From: a virus
Length of the DNA stretch: 64,000 nt
Virus record (IMG/VR): IMGVR_UViG_3300045988_037736
Location: 1-64,000 of that record
Strand: one strand, 5' to 3'
Below the pieces are notes generated by a model. The model searched no databases. It was not told the origin of the DNA and saw only the letters and a program-made list of their open reading frames with translations. The position numbers were made by a program, and so were the translations under genes. The stretch's first letter is position 1. Each line of letters begins with the position of its first letter. Positions 51,713 through 61,320 of the stretch are shown piece after piece.

Positions 51713-52024
51713 GTCATTCTAACTTACAGTAAATACTACTAAGTATCTATTAAGCACACAATGTCCTACGTACTACCCATCAAAAACAACACCAGTGTCC
51801 GTATTTCCCTTCTCATTAGTGATAGAAAACCCAGTATCACTATCCCTATTAGTAAGTCTCACATTTAAAGCATCCCATAAAAAAGACTCATCTTGTCTTG
51901 ATGGGTGAACATCTCTCCTTAGGCCTTTAAATATATGATTATCTGAATACATCATGTTAATATAATTAATGAAGTTTGATATACTCCTTAGAACCAAGAG
52001 TTTTAAACCCTTTGCTATGCTCAT
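51713..52024 (-). CDS. small hypothetical ORF, boundaries uncertain
   Basis: The 83-aa track ORF ends with TAG at 51773. It would extend 20 codons to TGA at 51713 if the TAG is read through. It overlaps the upstream gene's end. Confidence 0.2.
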
Positions 52025-52664
52025 TAGTCCTGGAGATTAAAGTATTCCAAGAATTAGTGAAAGATTGGAGTTGGTCAATAGAGGGCCTAACAAGGTCAGA
52101 CTGAGCTTGACCCACTGCCCAAGCATATTGTTGTTCTGCGTGTTGCAGAACCTGTTGAGTTATCCTACCAAGCTCAAACTGAACTGTAAAATGTTTTACC
52201 TTTATAAATAGCTCAAGTGCTTCCTCAAAAGAACCATTCTCTGGTATGAGAGGGAATCCTTCTTCATCTGTCGAGAAAGCTCTATAAGCTACTTCTATAG
52301 TTCCTTCCTTCATAGAAGTAAAAATACAACTTCCCTGTAGTTTATAGGTAAGGTCATTATCTCTTGTCTTATCAGGACTCATATGAAATGAATCAGTAGA
52401 GTATCTGAATACTTCATGAAGTACTCCATTACAGTTATGACCAACTGCTCTTACCTGTATCATTTCATAGAAGTCACAAGGTAGCTTACCTCTATAATTC
52501 TCTATCTCAACCTTCTCTGTTTTCTCAAGGAATATTGAGGGCATACCTACCTTCTGTATGAACCTGACAGCATAATTGACTGCCCTTTCTAAAGATAAAT
52601 CTTGTAGCAAGGGATTATCCATCAGGTTATCAAGAACTTGTCTTATGCTTATATATTTTGTCAT
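51966..52664 (-). CDS. hypothetical protein
   Basis: 232-aa ORF ending in TAA. Confidence 0.4.
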   Translation of the reverse strand: MTKYISIRQVLDNLMDNPLLQDLSLERAVNYAVRFIQKVGMPSIFLEKTEKVEIENYRGKLPCDFYEMIQVRAVGHNCNGVLHEVFRYSTDSFHMSPDKTRDNDLTYKLQGSCIFTSMKEGTIEVAYRAFSTDEEGFPLIPENGSFEEALELFIKVKHFTVQFELGRITQQVLQHAEQQYAWAVGQAQSDLVRPSIDQLQSFTNSWNTLISRTNEHSKGFKTLGSKEYIKLH

Positions 52665-53185
52665 ATCTTAAAAGCATCAAAGTTACCACTTTTAATTCTT
52701 TGCTTCAATCTCCTTTTAAGGTCTCTGTTCACTACAAATTCATAGAGGGATTTATTGTTGTAGTCTGCATCAATCCTGTTATAGTAGACCTTGAAGATTT
52801 CTTTTTCCTCCATTTTAATGAGTGTTCTTTCCTTATAGGCTTCCTCATCTTCTGACCATAGTTTAAGTGTTCTATCCCAGTCAATAGGAAGATTAGTCTT
52901 TACCTTTCCCTTCTCAACTGAGATTCTTACATCATACTTCCTTATCTCTATAGTACCCATTCCACATGGTAACTTTATATCATGGCCATGTATAAGTGAC
53001 TCGGCAAGAAGATTATTTATCCTTCTTATAATAGAGTAGAACTGATGTTCTGTAATAGGCTGTCCTATATCAAACCATTTGTTCTTTCTGATATACTTGT
53101 AGGCATCATATACTCCATATGAGTTATTCACTCTATAGACTCTTGACTCACTTACTTTAAGTACCTTCTTTCTGAACTCCTCCAT
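52661..53185 (-). CDS. hypothetical basic protein
   Basis: 174-aa ORF ending in TGA, with overlapping coupling to its neighbours. Confidence 0.35.
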   Translation of the reverse strand: MEEFRKKVLKVSESRVYRVNNSYGVYDAYKYIRKNKWFDIGQPITEHQFYSIIRRINNLLAESLIHGHDIKLPCGMGTIEIRKYDVRISVEKGKVKTNLPIDWDRTLKLWSEDEEAYKERTLIKMEEKEIFKVYYNRIDADYNNKSLYEFVVNRDLKRRLKQRIKSGNFDAFKI

Positions 53186-53864
53186 ATTTGAACTTGTATC
53201 CTCTGCAAAGCTTACCAGTCCTGCAACACTTACTTAACCATGATTTATCTACTCCTAGAGCTAAGGCTGCTTCTGTAGCTGATTTGTACACAGCTAGTAC
53301 TTCTCCCTCCCTATCAAGCATTTGTACAATCTTAGACATTGGTGAGTTCTCAGATATTTTCAACCTTTCACACATAGGTCTTTTCCTACCAAGATTTACT
53401 TGTCTAAGACATTCCTTTTGTTTCTCACTCATTTTCCATCCAGAACCTCTAGATGATTTTCCTCTATGGGCTATACTCAACTTCTTCTTATGAGATTCTG
53501 TAAGAGTACATCCCCTTCTCTTATTGGATTTTTCATAAGGAATCTTAATTCCTTTATTCCATGGGACATTCCCTGTGCATCCCTCCCCTCCATCTGTAAT
53601 ATTGAGACTAATCCCTAAATTCTTGTAATAGGCTATATATTGTTTCTCTCTATTTATAGCGTCTTGTTCTGTCATTCCAGTATAAAGTATTTCATGAGTT
53701 ATATTGTCCCATCCATACTTTATTATACTATTCTTAAATGGAGAGTTCTTACAATTAAAATACCCTTTACCATTATTCCATCTATGAAGAGGATTTTGGC
53801 TAGTTATGCCTATATATACTTTGCCAGATGGAGTAGTATGTTTATACAAACAATATTCTTTCAT
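53157..53864 (-). CDS. GIY-YIG homing endonuclease with NUMOD3 repeats
   Basis: The GIY-YIG core is 'CLYKHTTPSGKVYIGIT...RWNNG'. Basic NUMOD3-like repeats are 'KKKLSIAHRGKSS' and 'KQKECLRQVNLGRKRP'. Confidence 0.65.
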   Translation of the reverse strand: MKEYCLYKHTTPSGKVYIGITSQNPLHRWNNGKGYFNCKNSPFKNSIIKYGWDNITHEILYTGMTEQDAINREKQYIAYYKNLGISLNITDGGEGCTGNVPWNKGIKIPYEKSNKRRGCTLTESHKKKLSIAHRGKSSRGSGWKMSEKQKECLRQVNLGRKRPMCERLKISENSPMSKIVQMLDREGEVLAVYKSATEAALALGVDKSWLSKCCRTGKLCRGYKFKYGGVQKEGT

Positions 53865-54592
53865 CAGTCCTCTAGCTGTTTTTGGAAATTACCCTTCATA
53901 TTTCTTTTAATAAAGGTTGCTATATCAGATAAATCATCTGACGCATTGTTGTCAGTGTCCTTTCCCCTATAGACTGCACCAGAGAGATACTTGACTACAA
54001 GTTCAATCAGTGTAGATGCAAGTCCTTCTTCAAGAGGGAACTCCCTGTCTAGTACATCACATTTCTTATCACCTGAGTCACACTCAAGTTCTGCTGCTTT
54101 GTCAGGGTCTTCAAAGATGCCTGTCATTCTTACCTTTTCAAGGTATAGGAACTGGGGGTTACTTGACTTGAAATATAGGTAATCATCTGGGCCTTTCGAT
54201 ACATAGATAATATTCTTAAGCCATTTATTTTCACCCACATATCTCATTCTTTCCCTACTTACATAAGTAATATGGGTACCTTGATAGAAGTCTACAGGAT
54301 ACACTGTGTTTGTACCTATAGACATAGTTGAAGGCACTTTCTTCTCACTCCTAAGATATGTACCACCCTCACAAGGTTCTCCTGCAATAGCAGGTACTTG
54401 TATAAGGTCTAAACAGATAGTTTGGTAGTTACTTTGGGGTATCTCTTTCTTTATATCAGAATATCTTTGCTTCAGTATTAAAGCTCTTAACTTTGATACA
54501 AGAAATAGGACATGCTCCAATGTTATGTATGAGTCATCAGATACTGCTTTCAAAGAATCTAGACACATATAACACACTTCTCTATACGTCAT
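53864..54592 (-). CDS. hypothetical protein flanked by two homing endonuclease genes
   Basis: 242-aa ORF ending in TGA, which overlaps the start of the downstream endonuclease gene. Confidence 0.4.
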   Translation of the reverse strand: MTYREVCYMCLDSLKAVSDDSYITLEHVLFLVSKLRALILKQRYSDIKKEIPQSNYQTICLDLIQVPAIAGEPCEGGTYLRSEKKVPSTMSIGTNTVYPVDFYQGTHITYVSRERMRYVGENKWLKNIIYVSKGPDDYLYFKSSNPQFLYLEKVRMTGIFEDPDKAAELECDSGDKKCDVLDREFPLEEGLASTLIELVVKYLSGAVYRGKDTDNNASDDLSDIATFIKRNMKGNFQKQLED

Positions 54593-54617
54593 ATATTTAT
54601 GATATTTATAAGTTTAT

Positions 54618-55286
54618 TTAACTACTATATTTCCATATAAACCCGCCAGAGGTTTTGTGCTCCCCATTTAGGCATTTATACAAGGAAGCTTCAGCTATAC
54701 CAGTACATAAACTAGCTTCCTTAACTGAAGGAAAGGACTGTATCAACTCTTCTTCTAAAGAAAACTGTAGTACGCCCTTTATGGTTTTAGCCTTTATTAT
54801 CTTATCAGACCAAGTACAGGGTCTTCCTTTCAGAGACTTACTGATATTATTTCTCCATTCTTCTGTAAGCTTTACTCCCCTACGAACTAATGATAGCTTC
54901 TTTTTAACCTCATCAGTTCTCTTCTTTCCTCTGTTAGCTATAGAAATTCTATTTTTGGACTCTGTAGAAAATTTGTAGCCAACGGTGGAGTCCCCTCCTA
55001 TTGTGCAATTATATCCATGCACATAAGAGTTATATAGTCCTATGTAATATACTTCCAGCTTGTCAAGTTCTTCTTTAGCCTGCTTTTTAGAACTAAATAT
55101 TCTCTTTTCTAAAACTTCATATTTGAAGGACTCCAAACCATATTTAATTCTAGCCCTATTTATTTTAATTCCAGCATATGGCCCGACAGTGTTCCAATGC
55201 TCCCTTCGTATTTTCTCGTTAGTAGTCTGACCTATGTAAGATTTTCCACTTGGAGAAACATATCTATATATAACACCTTCAACCAT
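54618..55286 (-). CDS. GIY-YIG homing endonuclease with NUMOD3 repeats
   Basis: The GIY-YIG core is 'GVIYRYVSPSGKSYIGQTTNEKIRREHW'. Repeats are 'KNRISIANRGKKRT', 'KKKLSLVRRGVKLT' and 'RNNISKSLKGR'. Confidence 0.65.
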   Translation of the reverse strand: MVEGVIYRYVSPSGKSYIGQTTNEKIRREHWNTVGPYAGIKINRARIKYGLESFKYEVLEKRIFSSKKQAKEELDKLEVYYIGLYNSYVHGYNCTIGGDSTVGYKFSTESKNRISIANRGKKRTDEVKKKLSLVRRGVKLTEEWRNNISKSLKGRPCTWSDKIIKAKTIKGVLQFSLEEELIQSFPSVKEASLCTGIAEASLYKCLNGEHKTSGGFIWKYSS

Positions 55287-55363
55287 ATTCTGTATAATTA
55301 AAATGCTCCTGCAAAGGTAAGCATTTTTTACTTATCCTGCAAGAGCATAATAATTTTTATTTT

Positions 55364-55609
55364 TTACTGTATACAAGTTCCTTTACATGAATCATAAGGA
55401 ATGAGGCAGCTTCCTTGTAGGCAAGAAAGTGCTCTCTCTATAATATACTTCTGTTCAGAAGTTAAAGAGGTCTCCTTACTCAGCTCTGTAATATAAGTCA
55501 GTACTAGAACAGAGAATGTGTCACTATCAGGAATATAACCTACTTGAGACAATCTCTTAAAGTACCTGTTGAGAGTGTCATATAGTTTATTATCTTCCAT
55601 TGCATCCAC
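55364..55609 (-). CDS. hypothetical small protein
   Basis: 81-aa ORF ending in TAA. Confidence 0.3.
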   Translation of the reverse strand: MDAMEDNKLYDTLNRYFKRLSQVGYIPDSDTFSVLVLTYITELSKETSLTSEQKYIIERALSCLQGSCLIPYDSCKGTCIQ

Positions 55610-56105
55610 ATCCTTTTAGAGTTGTTCCTTTTACCATTGTGAGCATCTTCCAGTACTTAATAGCAGTACTATAGTTGCAAGTAGCTATAGCCATATCAAG
55701 AGCATATCTGTTAAGTATGAAATCAACAAAGCCCCTTGATATTTCACAGGTATCCCCAAGCTCTTTAAGGTATCCAAGCCCCTTATCTATCAAGATATTT
55801 CTATCATAAATAGCTGCCATATCAATGACATCAGCTCCACAAGGAGTATCAGGAGGAAGAGATATGTGGACTATAGGAGTGATGATAAGAAGTTCTTTCT
55901 TGGCATCTGGGATAAAGATTTCTGTCGTATACTGAGTTACATCGTCTCCATCACAGAGATGATATGGAGTATCAGTTCCATAGGTGAGAGGAGTGTCAAC
56001 CCTGACACCTTTTATACTTAGATTGCTATAGTAAGGCTTATCTTCTATCTCAAAGTCTATTATGAGCTTGTTACCATCTATCTGTAGCTTATTATACTTT
56101 ATCAT
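55590..56105 (-). CDS. hypothetical protein
   Basis: 171-aa ORF ending in TAA. Confidence 0.35.
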   Translation of the reverse strand: MIKYNKLQIDGNKLIIDFEIEDKPYYSNLSIKGVRVDTPLTYGTDTPYHLCDGDDVTQYTTEIFIPDAKKELLIITPIVHISLPPDTPCGADVIDMAAIYDRNILIDKGLGYLKELGDTCEISRGFVDFILNRYALDMAIATCNYSTAIKYWKMLTMVKGTTLKGCGCNGR

Positions 56106-56107
56106 AG

Positions 56108-56146
56108 TGTATAAAATAAAAAAGGGAGGCTTTTGACCTCCCTTAT
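56108..56146 (-). terminator. intrinsic terminator downstream of the 346-aa structural gene
   Basis: A GC stem 'gggagg/cctccc' with the loop 'cttttga' sits immediately after the TAA at 56149. On the minus-strand RNA it is followed by 'UUUUUUAUUUU'. Confidence 0.55.
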
Positions 56147-56148
56147 GA

Positions 56149-57189
56149 TTAGGCTAGTTCTGCAACCTGTACCTTAGAGGCTTCAGCAAACTGACCAATG
56201 AGCTTGTTTAGCTGTGCCTTGTCAGCACATACAATAGTGATGTCCTTCTCTGACCTTTGTGGTCCTTCATTGGGACCTACATAAGCATAGTGGATTTCAA
56301 GAACATTGTATGCAGTGTCAGGGTCAACAAGATACTTGGTTGGAATACTGTTAGGCCATCCAATATTTCTGTATTGGTCACCTCTTTCACCCATGCAGAA
56401 GTACTCAAGGTCTGCAATTATTCTACCATTGTTTCTTACAGTAGTGGAGTCACTTACTGTTACTGCACCCCACTTAACTTCTTCACCATCAAAGGTTACT
56501 GTAGTAGGAGTAACTGTGAAGTTAACTTTAGTCTGTTCCTTGATACCAAGAGTCCAGTCCTGCTCTACTTCTGTGATAGTAACACCATCAGCATAATCTT
56601 CAGCTACTGTGATAGCTGCACCAGTAGTGTCAATAAGAGTTTCCTCACCATTAACATCTGTCTTTACTCTACCTACAACCTTTCCAGCTATAGTGAACTC
56701 AAGCATCTTGCCAAGTTCTCTGCTGAAATTCTTGTAGAGAGAAGCTGCAAGCTTAGTATAGAACTGGGCAGGAGTCATAGTTCTTGTAGCATGAACAGCA
56801 CCATACTTGAAGTAGGGTTCCCCATCTGACATTCCTACATAAGGATTGATACAGATTCTAAGGATATAGTCCTGACCTCCAATAGGATTGCCTTCATTGA
56901 CACTAGCATCAAGCTTAACTACAGCCTGCTTAAGTGCATACTTCTGAGTAGCAGCCTCTGCACTTACAGCTTTGGCATAGAGAATATTGTCTATGTTGAT
57001 GAGGTCACTCCTCATAAGGTTATCAGCCCCCTTATACTGGAAGTATAAGTTCTTACCTTCAGCATCAGCCTTGAGAGCAATGGTACCAGCAGCATCTGAC
57101 TCACTCACCTTACCATCTGTCTTCTTTGCAGTACCTTGAACTGCTGTGACTACATAAAGTTGTCTTACTTGGTTAGTTGAAAATACCAT
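56149..57189 (-). CDS. abundant structural protein candidate (346 aa)
   Basis: It is followed by its own terminator. No internal TAG. Ends in TAA. Confidence 0.4.
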   Translation of the reverse strand: MVFSTNQVRQLYVVTAVQGTAKKTDGKVSESDAAGTIALKADAEGKNLYFQYKGADNLMRSDLINIDNILYAKAVSAEAATQKYALKQAVVKLDASVNEGNPIGGQDYILRICINPYVGMSDGEPYFKYGAVHATRTMTPAQFYTKLAASLYKNFSRELGKMLEFTIAGKVVGRVKTDVNGEETLIDTTGAAITVAEDYADGVTITEVEQDWTLGIKEQTKVNFTVTPTTVTFDGEEVKWGAVTVSDSTTVRNNGRIIADLEYFCMGERGDQYRNIGWPNSIPTKYLVDPDTAYNVLEIHYAYVGPNEGPQRSEKDITIVCADKAQLNKLIGQFAEASKVQVAELA

Positions 57190-57208
57190 AATTTATTTTA
57201 TTAAGTTT

Positions 57209-57904
57209 TTACTTACCTGCACTGGCTCTACTCTTCAAGGCAAGGCTAACTGCCATTTCTAGTATCACTCTATGTATTGCAGGGTTTAATTTACATTCAG
57301 TTGCTTTTGTTAATCCATTGATAGAAAGACCTTCAGGTAAATCAATAAGGATGATAGGTTCTGGCTTTGACAGGTATCTAATCTGGTACTCATCTATGTT
57401 GAATGCTGAGATAAGTTCAACTGTATATCCTTCAATATCAAGCCTTAATACTCTCCTCTTGTTGGGCATTCTGAATGGATTCCTTTTGGTTTTATAGAGT
57501 TCATCTTGAGTGACAGGAACTACTTCCATTATAGAACCTTTAGCACAACCTAACTTAACATCTTGAGATGTTACAGCCTCATAGGTTATAAACCAGGTAT
57601 CTTCAGGAATATTGAAGAAGTATGAGTCTCTTGTAAGACCTTCCCCTTCCACCTTGTCAGTGGTGGAGTAGGTCTTTACAAGACTGCTCAAATATCTTCT
57701 GAGTTCCTCTGTCTTCTCGAATGAATCTCCTGTAAGGTTTCCATTGTAGAGTGATATGACTATACTCTCTTGTGCCTTTGTAAGGAACATTGACTTTTCA
57801 TATTCATCAAACTCCAATGGCATAGAGTCTACACCAAATGGCTTGATGATGGAGTTGCTGTTGACTAGATTGTCAAATTCATTTGAGAACTCTTCGTTTG
57901 TCAT
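57209..57904 (-). CDS. hypothetical structural protein; TAG-free tandem paralogue
   Basis: 231 aa. Its N-terminal 'EFSNEFD...DEYEKSMFLTKAQ' is shared with the adjacent TAG-containing gene. Confidence 0.45.
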   Translation of the reverse strand: MTNEEFSNEFDNLVNSNSIIKPFGVDSMPLEFDEYEKSMFLTKAQESIVISLYNGNLTGDSFEKTEELRRYLSSLVKTYSTTDKVEGEGLTRDSYFFNIPEDTWFITYEAVTSQDVKLGCAKGSIMEVVPVTQDELYKTKRNPFRMPNKRRVLRLDIEGYTVELISAFNIDEYQIRYLSKPEPIILIDLPEGLSINGLTKATECKLNPAIHRVILEMAVSLALKSRASAGK

Positions 57905-57906
57905 AA

Positions 57907-58680
57907 TTATCTACTTTGAGTTACAATACCCATATTAGTCTGTGATGTCTGACCAAGAGCAACCTGTGAAGTAAGGTCTCCAATATAAGCAGCCTTAGCT
58001 AGCTCACAAGCTCTTTGAATAATCTCTGGAAATAGTATTGGGTCAAGCTCACAACATTCCTCACTACTCTCACCTCCTATAGTAAGACCGTCAAATGTAC
58101 TTAGTCTAATAGCTTTAGGACGTCTAACAAATCTATAGGTATAACTAATTAAGGAATCCTAATATCCTAAAATTAATTCAACTTTCTTTCTATTACTGTC
58201 AGAAATAAGCAATCTCCAAGCTTGGTTTTTTAGAGGATATTTGTAAGGTTTGCTAGTGAGTCTATTATACTCCAAGTAACTAATAGGGATAACAGTTAAT
58301 CCAGTTTCGTTATTACCTCTCTAAACTGTAACATACTCGTTGATAAACATGAATATATCATCTTGAAGGATGATACTTTTACTGCTTTTTCTATTGTCAA
58401 AGTGTGCATCTAAAAAAGAGTCTGCATCTGCTATTGTACGGTCTCTCATGAGCATAGAGAAATCAATCTACCTTATCTCACTTCCGTCAAAACCTTCTTG
58501 AGACTTATTAGTTTTTGGACTAAAATAAGCTTTTACTACTTCATCTTGAGCCTTAGTTAGAAATACAGACTTCTCATATTCATCCAAACCAGGAGCCTGA
58601 TTACTTGTAATGCTGTTGTAAATTATATCAAACTCATTACTAAATTCCTAATTTCTTATTCTTCTTTCTTCCGCAGTCAT
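57907..58680 (-). CDS. TAG-containing paralogue of the preceding gene (257 codons, 4 in-frame TAG)
   Basis: The frame is open from ATG 58678 to TAA 57907. Its only stops are TAG at 58648, 58468, 58321 and 58159. It translates to 'MTAEERRIRN*EFSNEFD...LDEYEKSVFLTKAQ', homologous to 57209..57904. Confidence 0.5.
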
Positions 58681-58719
58681 AAGGTTTTCAATTTGCGACA
58701 TGTAACTTAAAGATTAAAG

Positions 58720-59115
58720 TTACTGCCTTAACTTAGCCTCAAGAGAAAATTTAATTTCTTGATGCTTGGGATTATTAAGATACTTGGCTGCTATGTTGAG
58801 TGTAGGTTCTTCATTAGCTTCACATAATGGGGCATTATCACTCCTTAGATATAGATAATTTCCTCTATTAGAGATAAGACCTGCTTCAATAGCTTTCCTA
58901 ATAAGGACTTTGGTAGGAAGCATTGGGTCTGTAATAGCTCTAAGGAAGATTTTACTATCTGCTTGGATAAGGTCATTAGCCTTGGTCTGTAAGAACTCAA
59001 GCTTAGATGTAGAAGCAAGGGGTCTACCATCAATAGTTTCAATGATGACTCTCAGTGTATCTGCATCTTCCTCTATCTTACCAAACTCCTTATAGCACTT
59101 CATTGTAGTACTCAT
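58720..59115 (-). CDS. hypothetical protein
   Basis: 131 aa, ending in TAA. It is in the same frame as the upstream ORF, separated by one TAG and 24 open codons. Confidence 0.35.
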   Translation of the reverse strand: MSTTMKCYKEFGKIEEDADTLRVIIETIDGRPLASTSKLEFLQTKANDLIQADSKIFLRAITDPMLPTKVLIRKAIEAGLISNRGNYLYLRSDNAPLCEANEEPTLNIAAKYLNNPKHQEIKFSLEAKLRQ

Positions 59116-59187
59116 GTTAACCTTAGCATTCTTAGTTTCATCACCTTCAGAAATGATTACAAACTGATAGCTTGCCTTGGGAGCATC

Positions 59188-59715
59188 CTATAGTGCCTCA
59201 AGTGAGGGAGCAATATAGTTCTTATTAGCTAGAAGAATCTTATATCTGATATAATCTTCTGGGTCTGCCAGATTAAAATAATTATCTTGCTTGGTAAGTC
59301 TTACCCTTGAGATACCCTTATCATTTGTGTCATCCCAGAAGTTATCTGTTTTTCTATAGATAGATAGAGCATTTACCTCAAGTCTCATGATATGTTCAAG
59401 GAAAGCCTTTTCATCATCTGTCAGTACATTCACGTACATACCTGAGCTTAACCTAGGTACTGTAAATGTCTTGGTAGCATTCTCGGCCATACCTCCATAG
59501 AGTATATGTTTGGGATTAGTAATCATACCACCAAGCTTGGGTATATGTCTCACAATGATTCTTTCATTTCTTAAGCAGTTTATTAGCTGCTTTGGTGCTC
59601 TTCTTGCGGGCTGTTCCTCAACTATAGGAACAACTTTTGGCACCTCTTGTAGAGGCAACTCATCAGATAGGTCAATCTGAGCTACATCTATTTCTTCCAT
59701 ATTTTTCTTTGCCAT
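59188..59715 (-). CDS. hypothetical protein
   Basis: 175 aa, preceded by AAGGAG. Its TAG stop at 59188-59190 may be read through into 58720..59115. Confidence 0.35.
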   Translation of the reverse strand: MAKKNMEEIDVAQIDLSDELPLQEVPKVVPIVEEQPARRAPKQLINCLRNERIIVRHIPKLGGMITNPKHILYGGMAENATKTFTVPRLSSGMYVNVLTDDEKAFLEHIMRLEVNALSIYRKTDNFWDDTNDKGISRVRLTKQDNYFNLADPEDYIRYKILLANKNYIAPSLEAL

Positions 59716-59740
59716 ATCTTCTCCTTATGAAGTTAAAGAA

Positions 59741-59768
59741 AGGGGAAGAGAGAATTGCTCTCTCCCCC
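59741..59768 (-). terminator. stem-loop terminator downstream of the putative major capsid gene
   Basis: 'ggggaagagag-aattg-ctctctcccc' forms a 10-bp stem with one bulge, located directly after the TAA at 59778. Confidence 0.5.
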
Positions 59769-59777
59769 TTATTTTGT

Positions 59778-61292
59778 TTAGCCCTGTAGTATAGCAGGGA
59801 TAAGTGACATTGTTCTAGTTGGGTCAAGAACACAAATACCAAGAGTAGCCATCCTATGGAAGGTAGCTGAATCTTCATCATATGACATGAATTGATTACC
59901 AAGCTGACCTGTGAAAGGATTTCTCAATCCCCATTGATAACCTCTGAACTCCTCTTGTCCCTTAATCTTACACTTGAAGATATTGGGCTGGTCCATAGTA
60001 CCAATGTACATGATGTCATACCTGTAAGAGAAGGCAGGTCCACCATCAGGGTGTTGTACCTTGTTTCTTATTGGGTCATCATAGTATGGGTCAACATCAA
60101 GCTTCACTCTTACACCATTAGGTGCCCTGTACTCTACAAACTGGAAGCCAGCTGCAAGAGCATTAGTATGAAGATTGCTTTGTGTCTTCTCAACAACATT
60201 CAGAGCATCACCATTAAGTGTGAACTGAGTCCATCCACTTACAGTCTGAAGTACAGCCTTATGGAATTGTATAGCACCTCTTTCACCTGTCTTAATGACG
60301 AAGTACCTATCACCAAAGTCAAGCTTGGATGCAGACAGTTCATATAGGGCATCTTCAAGAAGTTTCAGGCTGAACTTGTTGTAGTACTGAGTATTAGCTA
60401 CCTCCATCTGTTCAAACAGACCAGCACCCATCTTAATAACTTCACCTGACTTACCAAAGTTCAGATACTCTCCATTGTTGTTTCTGTTGCTTCTACCAAA
60501 GGCAAGAATGTTATTCTTGTATTCAGAGAATGTCTGTTCAACTTCCCAGTCAACATAGTGCATCCACATGTTAACTACAGACTTAGTGTAACCTGTAGGA
60601 GTTTCCTTTGTTACAGGAATACCACATGCAAGTTTCTTGTTGAGCATATTGCCAGGCACCTTATGTTGGATTCTGATGGTAGACCATTCATTTCTCATAG
60701 ATACAGGAGAAGTGAATCTAACATCACCAACTTTCCTTGAAAGTGCTCTTTCTACAGGAGCATATTCATAGCTGAATCTTTCTCCTGGAAGGAGTCTTTC
60801 AGCAGGAATACCTTGGGTAATACCACCCATTAGCTCTACCTTGTAAACTGCATTAGTACCTTCCATTCTCGGATTACCAAGAATCCTCATGGGATATACT
60901 TCATTCAGATTACCTACAATTACTTCACCATCAGCAAACCAGTCCTCAGGGAAGACAAGCTCAAACACAGCTGTACCAACACCTACATTGGCAGTAGTTG
61001 CTGCGGTTACTACATTGCCATTCTCATCTCTTGCCTCAAGCAGAGGAATATTCCTTCTGGTAGAGCCAATTACATCCCAGTAATATTCTGAGTCATCTTC
61101 AAACTCTTTTGTAGGGAACTGGCTTAGGAAGGTATCAAGAGTCTTACCTCTGTACCAAGCTAATAGCTGTACCATTAGGTTAGTTGCCTTCTGTGGAGCA
61201 AGCTGGAAGATTTGACCAAGGTGGTTGTCCTTTGTCAGACCTTTCCAGTGAGAAAAGCCAATCATTTGGAACTTATTCAGTTTTCCAGCCAT
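59778..61292 (-). CDS. putative major capsid protein (504 aa)
   Basis: The size matches crAss-like major capsid proteins. It is immediately downstream of the acidic scaffold-like gene and followed by a terminator. Assignment is by size and synteny only. Confidence 0.4.
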   Translation of the reverse strand: MAGKLNKFQMIGFSHWKGLTKDNHLGQIFQLAPQKATNLMVQLLAWYRGKTLDTFLSQFPTKEFEDDSEYYWDVIGSTRRNIPLLEARDENGNVVTAATTANVGVGTAVFELVFPEDWFADGEVIVGNLNEVYPMRILGNPRMEGTNAVYKVELMGGITQGIPAERLLPGERFSYEYAPVERALSRKVGDVRFTSPVSMRNEWSTIRIQHKVPGNMLNKKLACGIPVTKETPTGYTKSVVNMWMHYVDWEVEQTFSEYKNNILAFGRSNRNNNGEYLNFGKSGEVIKMGAGLFEQMEVANTQYYNKFSLKLLEDALYELSASKLDFGDRYFVIKTGERGAIQFHKAVLQTVSGWTQFTLNGDALNVVEKTQSNLHTNALAAGFQFVEYRAPNGVRVKLDVDPYYDDPIRNKVQHPDGGPAFSYRYDIMYIGTMDQPNIFKCKIKGQEEFRGYQWGLRNPFTGQLGNQFMSYDEDSATFHRMATLGICVLDPTRTMSLIPAILQG

Positions 61293-61320
61293 AAATAAAT
61301 TGATTATTGGTTATATTTTA

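Noticed and set aside
47105-51965. A ~4.8-kb stretch without any ORF of 150 aa or longer under the standard code. It could be read as non-coding DNA, a decayed region or repeats.
   Set aside because: One minus-strand frame is continuously open with 39 TAG and no TAA or TGA. The translation is non-repetitive and protein-like. It is a recoded gene, not junk.
56257-56829. A 190-aa plus-strand ORF (and many other opposite-strand ORFs such as 850..1137, 1908..2366, 38764..39216 and 28604..29065).
   Set aside because: They lie entirely inside longer well-supported genes on the other strand and have low-complexity, Ser/Leu/Cys-rich translations typical of antisense shadow ORFs.
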